Assembly: GCA_965222615.1 (NCBI GenBank)
Contig: CBDCUI010000008.1
Location: 736,001 to 800,000 of the forward strand
DNA: 64,000 nucleotides
Direction: 5' to 3'
DNA from: Gammaproteobacteria bacterium
GTDB taxonomy: Bacteria > Pseudomonadota > Gammaproteobacteria > UBA4575
The notes below the pieces were generated by a model. The model was not told the DNA's origin. It saw only the letters and a program-made list of their open reading frames with translations, and ran no database searches. Made by a program: the position numbers and the translations under genes. The stretch's first letter is position 1. Every line of letters starts with the position of its first letter. Below are positions 61,640 through 64,000 of this stretch, in pieces.

Positions 61640-61975
61640 CGGTCAGTTCATTAACTAACAATCATCAGCCTTACTTGTTCATTTTACAAAATACTTTCCT
61701 GTATTTTGCCCTTCGGGCCATCGTCATTTCATGACGATGTTCAAAATCGTTCCAGACAATTTTGTCTTTGCTTGTCCAAAGCCTTAATTAAATGAACTAT
61801 GGGAACCAAAAGAAAAGACCCCCGAATTTGCTTGTCCTAACGGATACATTCGCTGCGCAGAACGACTCTGCTGTCGGCCCGAAACGCATCCATGCGTTGC
61901 GTGCCTCAAATAGGCTTCCTGCCCATTTGCCAGTAGTCTTATCTGCTTGCTCGTCAAGCAAATTATGGGCTATTC
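61640..61975. repeat. Structured, hairpin-rich intergenic element between convergent genes
   Basis: GCCCTTCGGGC, CATCGTCAT-TTC-ATGACGATG, CAAAAT...ATTTTG, AACGCATCCATGCGTT, and a long-range pair CCCGAATTTGCTTG / CAAGCAAATTATGGG. Confidence 0.55.
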
Positions 61976-62078
61976 AGGATGATGCTATCCTTCGATCGGT
62001 TGAGCTGGCAGCCGAGAGCGGTCTTTCTGACTTAAATTTTTAAACTAATTCTCTAATTAAGCCTTTATGCTTGATTAT

Positions 62079-62816
62079 TTATAACCAATTCACTTCTGTA
62101 ATTTGAATGGATAAATCGATTTTTCCATTTTCAAGTTTATCTAATTTCACTGGAATATAATTTAACGACTCAGCATACCAACCCAGATAAGTCGTTTTCT
62201 TTTCATTGTCTTTTACACGTATAAACTTATTGGTATTGAGATTGCCAAGTTTAGTTTCTATATTTTCGGTCGACTCTAATTTATAGATATATTGTTTTAA
62301 ACGACCTTTAGAGATTACTGAAAAGGTGTAATCTTTGATTTCCGTATTTGGTTTACGCATCAGCAATAGCTGCGTAGAAAAATTATCAAACGTATAGGGC
62401 GGAATATCTATAGTTTCTTTTTTATCTCTATATTGGATATTTGCTTTATTGTTTTCCCAATCAAAAATATAGTGTTCATCACGGTTCTTATCGCTGTCTT
62501 TCATTGCGTGTTTAAATTCAACAGTTCGGTATCTTTCGCCGACAACCTTTAATATCGCGCGTTCGATTATTTCTTGTTTGCCAAGAAAAAATGCAGCCAT
62601 GCCAATGGGCCAAGAAGAAGATTCATAGATCACTTCATCGCCATTTTTTTCCAGACGTACACGCATTTTCCCAACGTGTACTCCTTGTTTTTGCACATTA
62701 TAAATCGCTTCAAATTGAGGAGGTAGATTTTCCTCATTGAGTATGGATGCTGGACTGGCCCAACCTATGTTGATGAATAAGAAAAACAGGATAAAAATGC
62801 AAAATATTCTATTCAC
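62079..62816 (-). CDS. DUF3108-domain exported protein
   Basis: Signal peptide, FEAIYNV, FDW, ETKLG, WYAESLNYIPVK; typical position downstream of purM-purN. Confidence 0.8.
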   Translation of the reverse strand: MNRIFCIFILFFLFINIGWASPASILNEENLPPQFEAIYNVQKQGVHVGKMRVRLEKNGDEVIYESSSWPIGMAAFFLGKQEIIERAILKVVGERYRTVEFKHAMKDSDKNRDEHYIFDWENNKANIQYRDKKETIDIPPYTFDNFSTQLLLMRKPNTEIKDYTFSVISKGRLKQYIYKLESTENIETKLGNLNTNKFIRVKDNEKKTTYLGWYAESLNYIPVKLDKLENGKIDLSIQITEVNWL

Positions 62817-63484
62817 TGTAATTCTTCCTCAAGTTTAGGTGTAAGCAGTATAGGTTTATCTAGTTGCTTATTTTCAAAATATACATTTCCATTTTGACTA
62901 GAGAGTTTATTTTCACAAAACCATTTCACAACAAGAGGATATATGATGTGTTCTTTCTCTAACACACGCTTAGCGAGGCTATCTGTATCGTCTGTCTTAT
63001 TGATGGGTACTTTTGCTTGAATAATCAGTGGACCGCTATCTAACTTATCCGTTACAAAATGTACACTGCAACCATGCTGAATATCACCTGCATCTAATGC
63101 ACGTTGATGGGTATGTAAGCCTGGATATTTCGGTAATAAGGAGGGATGAATATTTAATATCCTTCCTTGGTACTTATTGATGAAAGTATTGCTTAAGACA
63201 CGCATGAAGCCAGCCAAAACAACTAATGTTGTTTTATAGACCTTAAGGACTTTAATCAGTTCCTCATCAAAAGATTCACGCGAACCATAGTCATTGTGGT
63301 TAATAACATGAGTAGGAATTCCAGCTTGTTTTGCTCGCACCAACCCATAAGCATCAGATGTATTGCTAATTACACATGCGATATTGGCGTGTATATTATC
63401 CTGCTGAACATGGTTAATGATGGATTGTAGATTGCTGCCACTACCGGATATCAAGACGGCAATGGTACAAGGTGAATCATTCAC
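62813..63484 (-). CDS. purN: Phosphoribosylglycinamide formyltransferase
   Basis: ISGSGSNLQ, LAGFMRVL, NIHPSLLPKYPG, GCSVHFV, LDSGP. Confidence 0.98.
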   Translation of the reverse strand: MNDSPCTIAVLISGSGSNLQSIINHVQQDNIHANIACVISNTSDAYGLVRAKQAGIPTHVINHNDYGSRESFDEELIKVLKVYKTTLVVLAGFMRVLSNTFINKYQGRILNIHPSLLPKYPGLHTHQRALDAGDIQHGCSVHFVTDKLDSGPLIIQAKVPINKTDDTDSLAKRVLEKEHIIYPLVVKWFCENKLSSQNGNVYFENKQLDKPILLTPKLEEELQ

Positions 63485-63490
63485 AGTAAA

Positions 63491-64000
63491 TTAAATTAAT
63501 TGTATTTTGCTTTTTTCGGAAGTTTTTTTTATTTCGCCAATGATAGTTGCTTTATGATTGTTTGATTGGCAAATTTCTAAAGCTTTGTCAGCTTGGTCTT
63601 TAGGGAGAATCACAAGCATTCCTAGGCCACAATTAAATACTCGATACATTTCTTCATTATCAATATTTCCTTTGTGTTGTAGCCAATTAAAAATTTCTGG
63701 TCGACTCCAAGTAGTCGTATTTATCTGTGCGATAAAATTATCTGGAATTATTCGAGGAACATTTTCTGGTAAACCGCCACCGGTGATATGACACAAGCCA
63801 TGTATATCGAGTGAGTGAAGAAGAGCGAGTACAACTTTTGTGTAAATCATGGTTGGCGTAAGTAATTCTTCACCTAAGGTCTTACTTTCAAATGGTTCTT
63901 CAAGAGAGCAATTGCTGATTTCTACGATTTTATTGACTAAGGAGTAACCGTTTGAATGAATTCCACTGGAAGCAATTCCGACGATGGCATCTTCTTCTGT
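63491..64000 (-). CDS. purM: Phosphoribosylformylglycinamidine cyclo-ligase, partial (5' end beyond the window)
   Basis: Frame open to the window edge: GIASSGIHSNGYSLV, LLTPTMIY, HITGGG, VFNCGLG. Confidence 0.97.
   Translation of the reverse strand, partial: TEEDAIVGIASSGIHSNGYSLVNKIVEISNCSLEEPFESKTLGEELLTPTMIYTKVVLALLHSLDIHGLCHITGGGLPENVPRIIPDNFIAQINTTTWSRPEIFNWLQHKGNIDNEEMYRVFNCGLGMLVILPKDQADKALEICQSNNHKATIIGEIKKTSEKSKIQLI

Noticed and set aside
61792-62043. 83-aa plus-strand ORF
   Set aside because: It overlaps a hairpin-rich, repeat-like region, has atypical composition and no recognisable motif; probably spurious.
61602-62078. tRNA gene or att site
   Set aside because: No cloverleaf, GTTCRA T-loop in a tRNA context or CCA end could be identified.
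5852-63791. Numerous short (60-140 aa) ORFs overlapping annotated genes
   Set aside because: They lie antisense to or out of frame with confidently identified genes and have no recognisable motifs.

Overview
AT-rich chromosomal segment of a gammaproteobacterium (taxon inferred from gene content and synteny). In order: (1) the 3' part of a giant, probably extracellular protein gene truncated by the window start, with beta-propeller and thrombospondin type-3 modules, a DUF3108-like domain and nine tandem Ig-like domains encoded by a 585-bp repeat that looks nucleotide-identical; (2) divergent uvrA/ssb; (3) a 21-gene, ~24.5-kb surface polysaccharide (O-antigen-like) cluster with gmd-fcl, wzx, five methyltransferase-like genes, an amidotransferase, a probable L-QuiNAc pathway, wbpL/wbpM and an apparent flippase-like plus Wzy/WaaL-like fusion; (4) housekeeping operons miaB-phoH-ybeY-corC-lnt, manC, leuS-lptE, then two opposite-strand genes, then holA-proA-nadD-rsfS-rlmH-maf-rng-yhdP-nitrilase-tldD-pmbA, and DUF3108-purN-purM (partial). 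The least expected signal is non-coding: four copies of a modular MITE-like element with 17-bp terminal inverted repeats lie inside operons. Two copies share a 39-bp core in opposite orientations between fixed arms, and two carry a nested ~70-bp hairpin cassette that resembles part of a structured region after pmbA. No tRNA, rRNA, CRISPR array or transposase was seen. All comparisons were made by eye.
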